This document shows, one piece after another, positions 50,062 to 59,856 of a stretch of 64,000 nucleotides of DNA. This DNA comes from an uncultured Candidatus Saccharibacteria bacterium (GTDB lineage Bacteria > Patescibacteriota > Saccharimonadia > Saccharimonadales > Saccharimonadaceae). Positions within the stretch are counted from its first letter, which is position 1. Each line of letters opens with the position of its first letter. The notes beneath the pieces were generated by a model. That model saw nothing but the letters and a program-made list of their open reading frames with translations. It ran no database searches and was not told the DNA's origin. A program made the translations under genes and the position numbers. Location of the stretch: the NCBI GenBank assembly GCA_963530635.1, contig CAUSEJ010000001.1, forward strand, positions 38,216 through 102,215. The letters run 5' to 3'.

Positions 50062-50549
50062 CCTTCTTTTGCGCGAATCTGCTTGGCTAGCGCTGTGGCA
50101 GCTACAACAGTTTCGTCGAGTGTGTGATAGATCGGGAGCTCTGGCCGCTCGAGGTGTGCTTGTGTTTCGATATCAAATGGTCGGTCGAAGCTTTTGTCAA
50201 TGCCAAGCACAATGGGCGAGCCGCGTCCGAGTTCCTTACCAAGCTCTAGTGGTGTAATGATGCCTGATCCCTTGACAAAGTAAAACATTACCACGCGTGC
50301 GAGCTGTAGATTCCGGTGTTCCCATGTGATCTGCTCCTTCGCAATATCACCAACGCGCGGTATTCCTTCCGGGCGTCGTGGGTTGGCGATGATTAGCTCA
50401 TCATTGTATGCTTCTGTTTGCTCAATATTTTCTAATAATTTCTCTGCTTGCTTTTGCCAATCTTCTGCCCCAGAAATAGGGCCTGCAACGAAGATGTCTG
50501 GTCGTAATTCTTGCATAGATAATTCTGATGTTGGGCGTTTGACGAGCAT
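50058..50549 (-). CDS. Nucleoside 2-deoxyribosyltransferase-like protein
   Basis: IFVAGPI...DWQ, ANPRR, QITWE, ITPLELG. Confidence 0.7.
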   Translation of the reverse strand: MLVKRPTSELSMQELRPDIFVAGPISGAEDWQKQAEKLLENIEQTEAYNDELIIANPRRPEGIPRVGDIAKEQITWEHRNLQLARVVMFYFVKGSGIITPLELGKELGRGSPIVLGIDKSFDRPFDIETQAHLERPELPIYHTLDETVVAATALAKQIRAKEG

Positions 50550-50704
50550 GGCAAAATAGTATCATGGACTACTGTAAAGATCAAATATCACAGACACGAA
50601 AAATAAGCTGAAGATCTGCAAGTCGCGGATTTTTTATCTCACCGTAAGGTGGTTCTATCCACCACGTTACCTAATAGTGTAGATATTGTTACGAAGGCAG
50701 TGCT

Positions 50705-51961
50705 CTACCGCGCTATAATCTTTCGCGCCGCACGCACACAGCGAATTACCTGGTGTATGAATGGCCGAGCGATATATTCATAGCAGCCAGCGCGTTCCTC
50801 CAGCTGACCACCAAAGCCTTTCTTGAAGTGGTACACCCCCTCTTGCTCGGGGAAGCCGTTGAAGTTTCCGCTTGTGCCATAGAAATTGTAGCGCTGAGCG
50901 CCAAGGTTGATGGCGCGGCGCATTGCTGCATATTGCAGTGCATATGAGCCAGAGAACTTGGCGTGCTTATCATCCGACCCACTGAGAAAATACACCACCT
51001 CGTTATCGCTCGTGTGCATAAATATGGCGGCAGCCAGCGGCAGAACGTCGCCATTGGCTGCCTGGCGCAACGTTTCGTAATCTGCCAAGCGTTTGGATAC
51101 CGCAGTGAGCTGGTTGTCGAGCTCCTTCACCTGTCCTTGCTTGTCTGGCTCAGTCGCTAGCATATCGCGCTCGGCTTGCAGGCTATCATGCTGAGCGCTG
51201 AGGCGGGCTTGGTAACCAGCAAGGTCGAGCTCGGCAATCAGGAACCACGCCTGCTTACGGTGAAAAGCGTGAAACAATTGCTGATAAAACGCTTCGCTGC
51301 GCCCTGAGAAGCCACGCCGCGTGCCGGTATCGATCAGCAACTTCGCAAATGGCGCAAGGTCGTCCACCGCAGTAATCTCGCGTACCGCCACACCATATTT
51401 GGTGGCCGCCTTGACGCAGCTGCGCGTCTTAGCGTCGAAGCTCTTGAGTAGTGCCGCATCGTCGTGGTAGGGCGAGAGATCTTTGGCAAAGAACCAGCGC
51501 ACATAGCGTGCGTTGTGGTCGGTCTGCTGCGGAGGGATAGCGCGGAAGCCTGCCTTTTCTAATTGTTGCAGCGCCTCGGCTGTACCGGCTACTTCGGTGA
51601 GCTGAGTAGGGTCACTTCCCTGCCGCAGGATGAGTGGCGGCTGCAGGCGAAGCAGAATACCTTTGTGTGCTTTGACATATTTCTTGAGCTTTGTCAATAG
51701 TGTACTGAGCACGGCTGGGTTGTGATAATCCACCAGCGGTCCTTGCAAACATTCAAACTCGCTATAGCCCAAGGTGCGCCATTCATATAACACGGCGGTA
51801 GCTACCAAGCGCTCACCCTCAGCAAACAGCCCCAAATAATGTGGCTGCCAGCCCAGCTGTGCCACTCGCTTGGCATTGGCGGCCGACTGGACGAAGCTCC
51901 CTAGCGGGTGCTGTGCGGCAAATTGTTCGAGAGTGGATGGGTGGATGGGCTTTAGCTGCAT
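50705..51961 (-). CDS. FemABX/MurM-family aminoacyltransferase (coiled-coil type)
   Basis: FVQS, GPLVDY, helical insertion, LAAAIF, YNFYGTSG, GVYHFKKGFGG. Confidence 0.85.
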   Translation of the reverse strand: MQLKPIHPSTLEQFAAQHPLGSFVQSAANAKRVAQLGWQPHYLGLFAEGERLVATAVLYEWRTLGYSEFECLQGPLVDYHNPAVLSTLLTKLKKYVKAHKGILLRLQPPLILRQGSDPTQLTEVAGTAEALQQLEKAGFRAIPPQQTDHNARYVRWFFAKDLSPYHDDAALLKSFDAKTRSCVKAATKYGVAVREITAVDDLAPFAKLLIDTGTRRGFSGRSEAFYQQLFHAFHRKQAWFLIAELDLAGYQARLSAQHDSLQAERDMLATEPDKQGQVKELDNQLTAVSKRLADYETLRQAANGDVLPLAAAIFMHTSDNEVVYFLSGSDDKHAKFSGSYALQYAAMRRAINLGAQRYNFYGTSGNFNGFPEQEGVYHFKKGFGGQLEERAGCYEYIARPFIHQVIRCVRAARKIIAR

Positions 51962-52171
51962 AATGATAGCGCTAGTATAGCATTTTTGAGTGGTGAGAGG
52001 AAGAGATGTGCATTAGCGATACATATCAGCCTTAGACTCTTCACAGCGCGCGTACCCCTGGGCTAGATCAATAATACTTTGTACCAATATTCATTATTTC
52101 ATCGTGGCGTGCATGGAACTTTCGCAACAATCATCAGTGAAAAACTGCCGCAAAGTTGCTATACTAATGTT

Positions 52172-53125
52172 ATGAAACATTTTTTACAGACTGAGGCATG
52201 GGAGGCCTTTCAACAAGCGCAGCAGCGCCACACGGTGCGGCGGGCAGACAAGGGGTGGCAGTATTATGGCATTATTGAGCACGGTCGGCTCAACCATCGG
52301 TTGTATGTACCCTATGGGCCTGAAGCAGATAATGATGCAGCCCAGGAAGCAGCGCTCAAGGATATCATTGCCACTGGGCGGCAATATGGTGCAGACTTTG
52401 TGCGGGTTGACCCCCGGACGACGCGGCTCGAGCAGTTGCAAAACCTCGGCTTTCGCAAGGCAAAGAGCCTCCAGCCAGATCGAACGATTATTAATGATGT
52501 GACGATGGATCACGACGCTATTTTGGCCAACGCCAAACAGGCGGTGCGCTACACCTGGCGCAAAAATCAGAAGGCAGGGGTGCGCTTCCATACCAGTTAT
52601 GAGCCGGCGGATATTGAGATCTTTCTTGATATGATCCACGACGTCGCTAAGCGCACTGGTATGCAGCCGCATAGTGATGGGTACTTTCGCCAAATGGCAG
52701 AAGTGCTTTTCCCGCGCAAGGCAGCTGGCCTGATGTATGCCACGCTGGAGGACAAACCGGTTGCTAGCCTGATATTCTTTAGTGACGGCACGACGATGGC
52801 CTATGCCCACGCTGCGTCGTATACCGCCCAGCGTAACCTCAGCCCAGCCACAGCACTGGTGGTGTCTGCCCTCTTCTATGCGCACGATACCGGGCACAAA
52901 TTCTTTGACTTTTACGGCATTGCGCCAGATGATGTGCCGAAGGATCACCCTTGGGCGGGCTTCACGCACTTCAAGAAGTCGTTTGGGGGTACGCCAGTGG
53001 ACTATATCGGCACCTGGGAAAAACCTCTCCATCCACTGCGCTACCGGCTGTATCATCTCTACCAAGCGCTATATCAGCACGTGCGTAGTCTGCGCCAGGC
53101 ATCGTATCGCCGCTCGCATAAGTAA
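52172..53125 (+). CDS. FemX-like lipid II aminoacyltransferase (short type)
   Basis: HFLQTEAW, YVPYGP, FDFYGI, HPWAGFTHFKKSFGG. Confidence 0.85.
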   Translation: MKHFLQTEAWEAFQQAQQRHTVRRADKGWQYYGIIEHGRLNHRLYVPYGPEADNDAAQEAALKDIIATGRQYGADFVRVDPRTTRLEQLQNLGFRKAKSLQPDRTIINDVTMDHDAILANAKQAVRYTWRKNQKAGVRFHTSYEPADIEIFLDMIHDVAKRTGMQPHSDGYFRQMAEVLFPRKAAGLMYATLEDKPVASLIFFSDGTTMAYAHAASYTAQRNLSPATALVVSALFYAHDTGHKFFDFYGIAPDDVPKDHPWAGFTHFKKSFGGTPVDYIGTWEKPLHPLRYRLYHLYQALYQHVRSLRQASYRRSHK

Positions 53126-53143
53126 GCGTGATATTGCTGAGAG

Positions 53144-53170
53144 AAAGGCGCTCGACGGGGCGTCTTTTTT
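53144..53170 (+). terminator. Intrinsic terminator
   Basis: AAAGGCGCTC..GGGGCGTCTTTTTT. Confidence 0.65.
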
Positions 53171-53272
53171 ATACTGCCCTCCCCTGCTCTATAGGTGCGA
53201 CTTTTAATGCAAGATGACAGGAGACGTGTGTTGGCTTACGCAAGATGGTTAGAATTGACGTGATTACCCGCA

Positions 53273-53788
53273 CTATTCACGTGAAACGTGGATGAATGCA
53301 GGTATAGAATTGGGCTAGAATTTTCCTGCCACATCTGAATTTCGACGGTAAATATGAGATTTTCACCTTTGATTTATCATTTTTTGCCCTTCTCTTGGTC
53401 ATTGATAGGCTGTGTCGATAAGGATAGAGACAGTAACGTGCGCTATATATAGAGCAAAAACCACCTCTTTCTCTTTGCTCACTTCCCTTTTCTGCACACT
53501 GCGTAGAATAAGATGGTGAGAGGTTAAGGCAGTAGCATAAGTTTGGTATATAGCACCTTCCACGTGAAAACCGTACAATAACGAATCATGATGAACAAAA
53601 CACTTAGCAATAGCAACCAATCTGCAAAGTTAGATAACAATCAGACCGCTACAACCCGCGATACTGCACTCTACCATTAACCCCTGTCACCCCTGCCATT
53701 GTGCCGCCAAACGTGCTATACTAGGTAGCTGAAGTTGCACCAAAAAATTGACCAGGCAGATGCTGCACACAGATTTTCACGTGAAGCA
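53273..53788. promoter_or_regulatory. Cluster of three parS-like palindromes
   Basis: CTATTCACGTGAAACG, CCTTCCACGTGAAAAC and ATTTTCACGTGAAGCA compared with TGTTTCACGTGAAACA. Confidence 0.5.
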
Positions 53789-53844
53789 TCGACCGCGCCG
53801 TTTTCGTGTGAAAAGTATCAATAACTTGTAAGGAAGCCACCGCC

Positions 53845-56394
53845 ATGAAACTTGCCAAGACCTACAACCCTAACGAATATGAGCCAAATATCTACGCTAT
53901 GTGGGAGAGCGCTGGCGTGTTTCGGCCAAAAGGGGAGGGCACACCGTATAGCATCGTGATGCCGCCGCCCAATGCCAATGGCAACCTGCACGTTGGGCAT
54001 GCGCTAGGCTCGGCCTTGCAAGATATTTTGGTGCGCTACCACCGGATGAAGGGTGATGATGCGGTGTTTATCCCTGGGGCAGACCACGCCGGCTTCGAGA
54101 CGTGGGTGGTGTATGAGCGCGAGCTCGAGAAGCAGGGCAAGACGCGCTTTGATTACTCGCGCGATGAGCTGTATGCGCAGGTGTGGGACTTTGTCGATAA
54201 AAAGCGGGGTGATATGGAGCTTCAGCTACGCGCCCTCGGCGTTGGGGCGGACTGGGAAGATATGGTCTTTACGCTTGACCCCAAGGTGGTGGAAACGGTT
54301 TATGGCACCTTCAATAAGCTGTGGCAGGATGGGCTGATCTACCGGGGTGAACGGATCGTCAACTACTGCACCAAGCACCAAACGAGCTTCGCCGACATCG
54401 AGGTGGTGCACAAGACGGAGAAGTCTAAGCTGTGGCGCATTGCCTACCCGCTGCTCGATCATATTGGTGAAATTATCGTCGCTACCACCCGGCCCGAAAC
54501 GCTACTGGGTGATACCGCCATCGCTGTCAACCCGGCAGATGAACGCTACAAGAAGCTAATTGGCACCAAGGCGCTGCTGCCGCTGGTAGGGCGCGAGATA
54601 CCGATTATTGCTGATGAATATGTTGATGCATCGTATGGCACCGGTGCGGTGAAGATCACACCGGCTCACGACCCAAATGACTTCGAGATGGGGCAGCGGC
54701 ATGGGCTGCCGGTGGAGCAGGTGATTGGCTTCGATGGGCGAATGACCAATGTACCCGCACCATTTGACGGCCTCACCACAGCGGAGGCACGCCAGCGAGT
54801 ACTGGAGGCGCTGGAGCGCGAAGAGCTCCGTCGTGGTGAGGAAGAGCTGGAACACTCGGTGGGGCATTGCTATAAGTGCGACACCGTCATTGAGCCGATG
54901 GTCAAGGAGCAATGGTTTATCTCGATGCGGCCCTTAGCGGATGCAGCGATTGCTGCCATCGAGCGCGGCGATGTGACCTTCACCCCCGCCAACAAAGGCG
55001 AGGTGGTCATTAAATACCTGCGCGAGATCAAAGACTGGAACGTCAGCCGGCAGATCCCGTGGGGTATACCCATCCCAGCCTTCCAGAGCACGACTGATCC
55101 AAGCGACTGGATCTTCAATACAAATGTCAACGAAAAAGAAATAGTTGTAGATGGCACAACATACCGCCGGGAAGAAGATACACTCGATACCTGGTTTAGC
55201 AGTGGGCAGTGGCCATTCATCACCACCGACTATCTGCAAGATGGGCCGCTAGCGAAATTCTACCCCAACGCAGTAATGGAGACGGCGGGAGATATCCTCT
55301 TCTTCTGGGTGGCGCGGATGATGATGCTTGGGTTGTACTGTACAGGGCAGGTGCCGTTCCGTCATGTGTACCTGCATGGGCTGGTGCTGGATGAGCATGG
55401 GCAGAAGATGAGCAAGAGTAAGGGTAATGTGATCAACCCGATGGAGGCAATCAGCCAGTATGGCTCAGACGCACTGCGCATGGGGATTATCGCCAGCCGC
55501 TCAGCCGCTCAGCCGCAAGCGTTTAACACCGGCAAGGTGGTGGCAGCGCGCAATTTCTGCAATAAATTATGGAACATCGCTCGCTTCATTGAGGCACAAG
55601 TGGGGGACACGCAGCCCGTGCATGTACCGACGCCGCAATCGATGGCCGACCATTGGATCATCCGCCAGCTGAGCCGGGCAGGGGAGACGATGGAGCAGCA
55701 GCTAGCGCAGTATCGCTTTGCCGAGGCGGCAGAGACCCTCTACCACACGGTGTGGGATGATGTGGCCGATTGGTATATCGAGGCAGCCAAGGTGGAGCAG
55801 CACGCTGATATGCTGGTGTGGGTGCTGGATACGTGTTTGCGCTTGGCTCATCCATTTGCGCCATTTGTGACGGAGACGATTTGGCAAAGCCTGAGCTGGC
55901 ACAATGACCTCCTGGCGGCGGCACGATATCCGCAGGCTGAGGATTATAATGAGCTGCAAGCGGCTGAGTTTGGCCGGCTCAAGCGGCTCGTGACCGAAGC
56001 GCGCTATGTGACGAGTGAACTGCCGGGCAATGAGCGCTACACACTGCTCTATATGGACGATGCGCTGGTGGCGGATAATGCTGAGCTGGTGCGGCGCTTG
56101 GCTGGCCTAGCGGCAGTGGAACATGCCGATGTAGCGCGGGGGCTACGCTTGGCTGCCAGTGGCCGCGATGCCTGGCTCGACGTAAGCGACGAAACGCTCT
56201 ATGAGCACCAGACGAATCTCGAGAAACGCTTGGTCGAAGCACGCAATGATGCCGCCAAGCTGGAGGCACGCCTAGCAAACGAACGTTACACCAGCCAAGC
56301 ACCCGCTCATTTGGTGGAAGAATCACGCCAGCAGCTGGCAAGCAAGCAGGCGTTGATCGAGCGGCTGGTGAAGGAATTGCAGGTGATCGAATAG
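53845..56394 (+). CDS. valS: Valine--tRNA ligase
   Basis: PPPNANGNLHVGH, ATTRPETLLGD, TGAVKITPAHD, DWNVSRQ, KMSKS, C-terminal coiled coil. Confidence 0.97.
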   Translation: MKLAKTYNPNEYEPNIYAMWESAGVFRPKGEGTPYSIVMPPPNANGNLHVGHALGSALQDILVRYHRMKGDDAVFIPGADHAGFETWVVYERELEKQGKTRFDYSRDELYAQVWDFVDKKRGDMELQLRALGVGADWEDMVFTLDPKVVETVYGTFNKLWQDGLIYRGERIVNYCTKHQTSFADIEVVHKTEKSKLWRIAYPLLDHIGEIIVATTRPETLLGDTAIAVNPADERYKKLIGTKALLPLVGREIPIIADEYVDASYGTGAVKITPAHDPNDFEMGQRHGLPVEQVIGFDGRMTNVPAPFDGLTTAEARQRVLEALEREELRRGEEELEHSVGHCYKCDTVIEPMVKEQWFISMRPLADAAIAAIERGDVTFTPANKGEVVIKYLREIKDWNVSRQIPWGIPIPAFQSTTDPSDWIFNTNVNEKEIVVDGTTYRREEDTLDTWFSSGQWPFITTDYLQDGPLAKFYPNAVMETAGDILFFWVARMMMLGLYCTGQVPFRHVYLHGLVLDEHGQKMSKSKGNVINPMEAISQYGSDALRMGIIASRSAAQPQAFNTGKVVAARNFCNKLWNIARFIEAQVGDTQPVHVPTPQSMADHWIIRQLSRAGETMEQQLAQYRFAEAAETLYHTVWDDVADWYIEAAKVEQHADMLVWVLDTCLRLAHPFAPFVTETIWQSLSWHNDLLAAARYPQAEDYNELQAAEFGRLKRLVTEARYVTSELPGNERYTLLYMDDALVADNAELVRRLAGLAAVEHADVARGLRLAASGRDAWLDVSDETLYEHQTNLEKRLVEARNDAAKLEARLANERYTSQAPAHLVEESRQQLASKQALIERLVKELQVIE

Positions 56395-56428
56395 CAATAC
56401 TGAAATTTAATACCTTGTGCTAATAGAG

Positions 56429-56462
56429 AAGGCTACCGTCGATGTGAAATGGTAGCCTTTTT
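56429..56462 (+). terminator. Intrinsic terminator after valS
   Basis: AAGGCTACC...GGTAGCCTTTTT. Confidence 0.7.
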
Positions 56463-56878
56463 GATGAGTAGAGACATTGAAAATGTTGATTTAACCTCTT
56501 GCGTTCTCAATGACAAAAGGGCACTTAGTGGCAAAAAGGGAAGCGCGAGCACAGACAAAGGGATTATCGTGTTGACGAGCTACATTAATTTGAAGCTGAA
56601 AAATCTAATCACTTCACAAATCTGTTCCTATTGTTCTTTTTTGAGGCCTTATGGCGAGTAATATTTACGAGAGTGTTTATCGTATGGATTTATATAAGTA
56701 TACATATGCTGCGACAAACAGCGTTCATATCTCATCAGGTGAGATGATAGAGGAGAGAGTTAATGAAGAAAAGAAGGGTATTCCTATATCTACACGAAAC
56801 ATACTTGACAGAAAAGAAACATCCTGCTACCATGAATATGAACAAAAATAGAACTAACGATAGTCACCAATATACACA

Positions 56879-57253
56879 ATGAAACACAAACACCACACTA
56901 CCTCATACAAAACCATCCTCGCGCAGGCGGCCGTGGCGGTCTTTAGCCTGGCGACTGCACTGGGGGTGTTCTTGCACGATGGGCAATTTGATAAGATCAC
57001 CACTGCGCTTCTTACGCTCGAGCCTGCTGCGCTGCATGGCCGTGGGGCACAGGGCTCGGCGGAGCTCGATAAGCTAACGGCCGACCCACACGTCCATCCG
57101 CACCATGCGTCGCTGGGACACAAGGCAGGGCACCATGGGCAGCACCACACGCCGGGTGTGCCACCGCGCGATGATGAATATAGATATCTGGCGCATAAGC
57201 AGCGGGGGACGCGCCATGCCTTTGATAATCAGTTCTTGCCGATTGTTGGTTAG
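56879..57253 (+). CDS. His-rich single-TM hypothetical protein
   Basis: TM LAQAAVAVFSLATALGVFLH followed by HVHPHH...HHGQHH. Confidence 0.6.
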   Translation: MKHKHHTTSYKTILAQAAVAVFSLATALGVFLHDGQFDKITTALLTLEPAALHGRGAQGSAELDKLTADPHVHPHHASLGHKAGHHGQHHTPGVPPRDDEYRYLAHKQRGTRHAFDNQFLPIVG

Positions 57254-57709
57254 TTATTGATGGTGATACGGATGCCCGGCGGCAATCTGCTGTGCCCGGT
57301 AGAGCTGCTCGGCCAAGATGAGTCGCACCAGCTGATGTGGAAACACCAGGCGAGACAGCGACCACACTAGATTAGCGCGCTCCATCACTACCTCTGTCAC
57401 ACCGTATGCTCCACCAATGATAAGTACGAGTGATTTGCCCTGCGCCATTGGCTGATGCAGGCTGCGCGAGAGGGTAGGCGAGTCAAGCATTGTGCCGCGC
57501 TCGTCCAGTAGTACAACATATGCTTGGGGCGAAAGCACTCGAAGAACCTGCTGCGACTCCTCACGGCGCGCCGCATCGTTACTATGCTGGCTAGCCGGGA
57601 TGAGCTTCCATTGTAGCTGCCAGGCACGAGTCATGCGTTGCTCATAGCGTGCAATGCCATCGACTAGCCAGGGCTCGTGCCGCTTGCCAACGGCGATGAT
57701 GGTGATCAT
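57254..57709 (-). CDS. rlmH: 23S rRNA m3Psi1915 methyltransferase
   Basis: IIAVGK, LDERG, IIGGAYG, LVFPHQLVRLILAEQLYRA..I..GHPYH. Confidence 0.95.
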   Translation of the reverse strand: MITIIAVGKRHEPWLVDGIARYEQRMTRAWQLQWKLIPASQHSNDAARREESQQVLRVLSPQAYVVLLDERGTMLDSPTLSRSLHQPMAQGKSLVLIIGGAYGVTEVVMERANLVWSLSRLVFPHQLVRLILAEQLYRAQQIAAGHPYHHQ

Positions 57710-58131
57710 GCGCTGGCGTCTTCACTACTGTTAGATACTGCTGTAGCAAGACGCTGGGCGGTGGTAGATAGGTGAGTATCGCTAGTGTTGGTTGGATAGC
57801 CATGATGGAGCTGTAGCACCTCGCGGTCATATAGCGGCACGAGATGAATGTGAGCGTGTGGCACATCAAAGCCCTCTACCACAACGCCGACCCGCTCAGG
57901 CTGGAGCGTCACCTCCATTGCGTGGGCAATCCGCTGCGCTACCGCCCAGAGGTGCTGATACACCTTAGTCGGGAGCGCCCACAGCGAGTCAATCTGCTGC
58001 TTGGGTACCACCAGCACATGGCCATCACTTAGCGGGTTGATATCAAGAAAGGCTATCGTGTGCTCGTCTTCATACACCGTATGGCTTGGTATTTCACCTT
58101 TGATAATCTTAGTAAAAATAGAATCCTGCAT
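57706..58131 (-). CDS. HIT-family hydrolase
   Basis: SIFTKIIKGEIP, FLDINP..GHVLVVPK, HAHIHL triad. Confidence 0.93.
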   Translation of the reverse strand: MQDSIFTKIIKGEIPSHTVYEDEHTIAFLDINPLSDGHVLVVPKQQIDSLWALPTKVYQHLWAVAQRIAHAMEVTLQPERVGVVVEGFDVPHAHIHLVPLYDREVLQLHHGYPTNTSDTHLSTTAQRLATAVSNSSEDASA

Positions 58132-58230
58132 GACTTTAGTATACGCGAAGGTGGGGCAAGATCTCAAGGATATCCGCTGCGCGATATTTTCGTTCGGCAG
58201 CGCATCTGTTATAATGAAGACAGACCACGT

Positions 58231-58318
58231 GGAGAGGTGCAGGAGTGGTTGAACTGGCCGCTCTCGAAAAGCGGTAAGCCGCAAGGCTTCGAGGGTTCGA
58301 ATCCCTCTCTCTCCGCCA
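58231..58318 (+). tRNA. tRNA-Ser(CGA)
   Basis: CCGCT-CTCGAAA-AGCGG anticodon arm, long variable arm, CCA end. Confidence 0.95.
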
Positions 58319-58445
58319 TATTTCTGATACTGGTAACCTGCAGGCTGATGATGCTTGTAGATTTTTTATTACGAAAAACATGTGATTACTTTTGTACGCC
58401 GTGCTTACTCTCTTTCTGTTTTTTGCAAACTTGGTCAAGAGCAAT

Positions 58446-58473
58446 AAAAAGCGCACACCGCGATGGTGTGCGC
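58446..58473 (-). terminator. Terminator after pilin gene
   Basis: GCGCACACC-GCGAT-GGTGTGCGC with T-run on minus strand. Confidence 0.7.
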
Positions 58474-58509
58474 ATATGTTTGTGTGAGAAGAGAGCCAAG
58501 TAGTATTGG

Positions 58510-58938
58510 CTAGGTGGTCGAAGCACCAGTGTTGCTGCTATTGGTAGTAGTGTTGATGTTACCACCAGGGATGATAGTGTTGATGACAAAGTTCACCGCC
58601 GCATAGGCTAGCAGCGCCACCACGACACCGACCAGAGCGTACATGATAGTATTCTTCGCGCCTTGTACTTGTGATGAATTACCGCCAGAGACAACATAAC
58701 GAATACCACCGAAGATGATCATAATGACCGCGATAGCACCAACGAGGAACAGCATGATGTTGCTTACCCGTGTGAAGATACCGGCGTCACCAAAGAGATC
58801 GGCAGGCTGGTCTTTGCCCCGTGAGCGGCTGGCACCATCTGACACGCCGCCGATTGCAGCGCTGGGCGGTGCAGCAGCAATTATCCCACCCCCGATGAGG
58901 GCAAGAGCACTGATAGATAGTAGACATTTTTTTAGCAT
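58510..58938 (-). CDS. VirB2/TrbC-like pilin
   Basis: Signal peptide, then NIMLFLVGAIAVIMIIFGGIRYVVSGGNSSQVQGAKNTIMYALVG; AAAGGAG RBS. Confidence 0.8.
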   Translation of the reverse strand: MLKKCLLSISALALIGGGIIAAAPPSAAIGGVSDGASRSRGKDQPADLFGDAGIFTRVSNIMLFLVGAIAVIMIIFGGIRYVVSGGNSSQVQGAKNTIMYALVGVVVALLAYAAVNFVINTIIPGGNINTTTNSSNTGASTT

Positions 58939-59306
58939 AATAAACTTAGCTCCTTTTATCTTGTAATTATACGATATGGCGTTTTTTTTGTCGAGAGGAA
59001 AGCGGTGAAATTTCTCAGCTTGTGGTGCTATGGTGGCTCGCTCCTTCATCTCTTTTGCCAGTAGCGTCTTGAAAACCTGCTAGTATGACGGTATTTTGAG
59101 CCCACGTGGCAAATTGGCGTTCTAGAGAGACACTCGATTGCATTTTTATTTACATTACTTGATAAAAGGAAGGGGAGTGCAAGATAATATATAGCTCACG
59201 ACACTGCGGCGAAGTAGGGATAAAATTGCACGCCACAAATGGCTAGCGCAATTGCCTGACCTATGCTACAATAGCCAGTGCACGTTGGTGCACAATCCGA
59301 CACGCT

Positions 59307-59399
59307 GGAGGAGTACCCAAGTGGCTGAAGGGGACGGTTTGCTAAATCGTTAGTGTGGGGAGACCTGCAGCGGGAGTTCGAATCTCCCCTCCTCCGCCA
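59307..59399 (+). tRNA. tRNA-Ser(GCT)
   Basis: GGAGGAG/CTCCTCC stem, ACGGT-TTGCTAA-ATCGT, long variable arm, CCA. Confidence 0.95.
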
Positions 59400-59856
59400 G
59401 GATTGTTAGAGCTATTGGCTATCAGCTCGGTGTGTATGACGAAAACTGTCGAGCAGTAGCATGTATAACTCAATAATGACAAGCTAAATGAGACGAATGC
59501 TGAGGTTGCTTAGCAGTCTATAGTTTTAGCATAAAAGCAGCACAAAGGCTAGATGAATGAATCATTGTAGATATTACAATGATATTTTTATTTGTGTGGA
59601 TCTTGGTGAAATAAGTGATGTATTCAATACATGCGAAGTATCAAATATGTCAAGAGCTCTATCTGGGGTATGGTCTATATATGTACGGTACAAGCGTGCG
59701 ACTGGCAAGAGAGGCGAAGTATGAGTGTTGTGCGAGGCGTACACCACAGGATTGCGCAGTTATGCGGGTTATGGTTAATTGACCAGCGCGGCCATTATGA
59801 TAGAATAGTTTTTGTAACGTAAATCTAACGCCAACCGACAAGGGGAGGAAAGAGCA

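Noticed and set aside
52184..53065. 293-aa minus-strand ORF
   Set aside because: Antisense to the FemX-like gene
56449..56851. Short ORFs in AT-rich spacer after valS
   Set aside because: No motifs or convincing starts; one overlaps the terminator
41548..58318. Similar tRNA-Ser ends as attL/attR of an island
   Set aside because: Both are complete tRNAs with different anticodons, and the interval holds core genes with no integrase
41548..59399. tRNA-Ser genes as non-proteinogenic donors dedicated to Fem enzymes
   Set aside because: Three different anticodons with canonical D-loop GG and TTCGAAT T-loops; they look like the ordinary translational set
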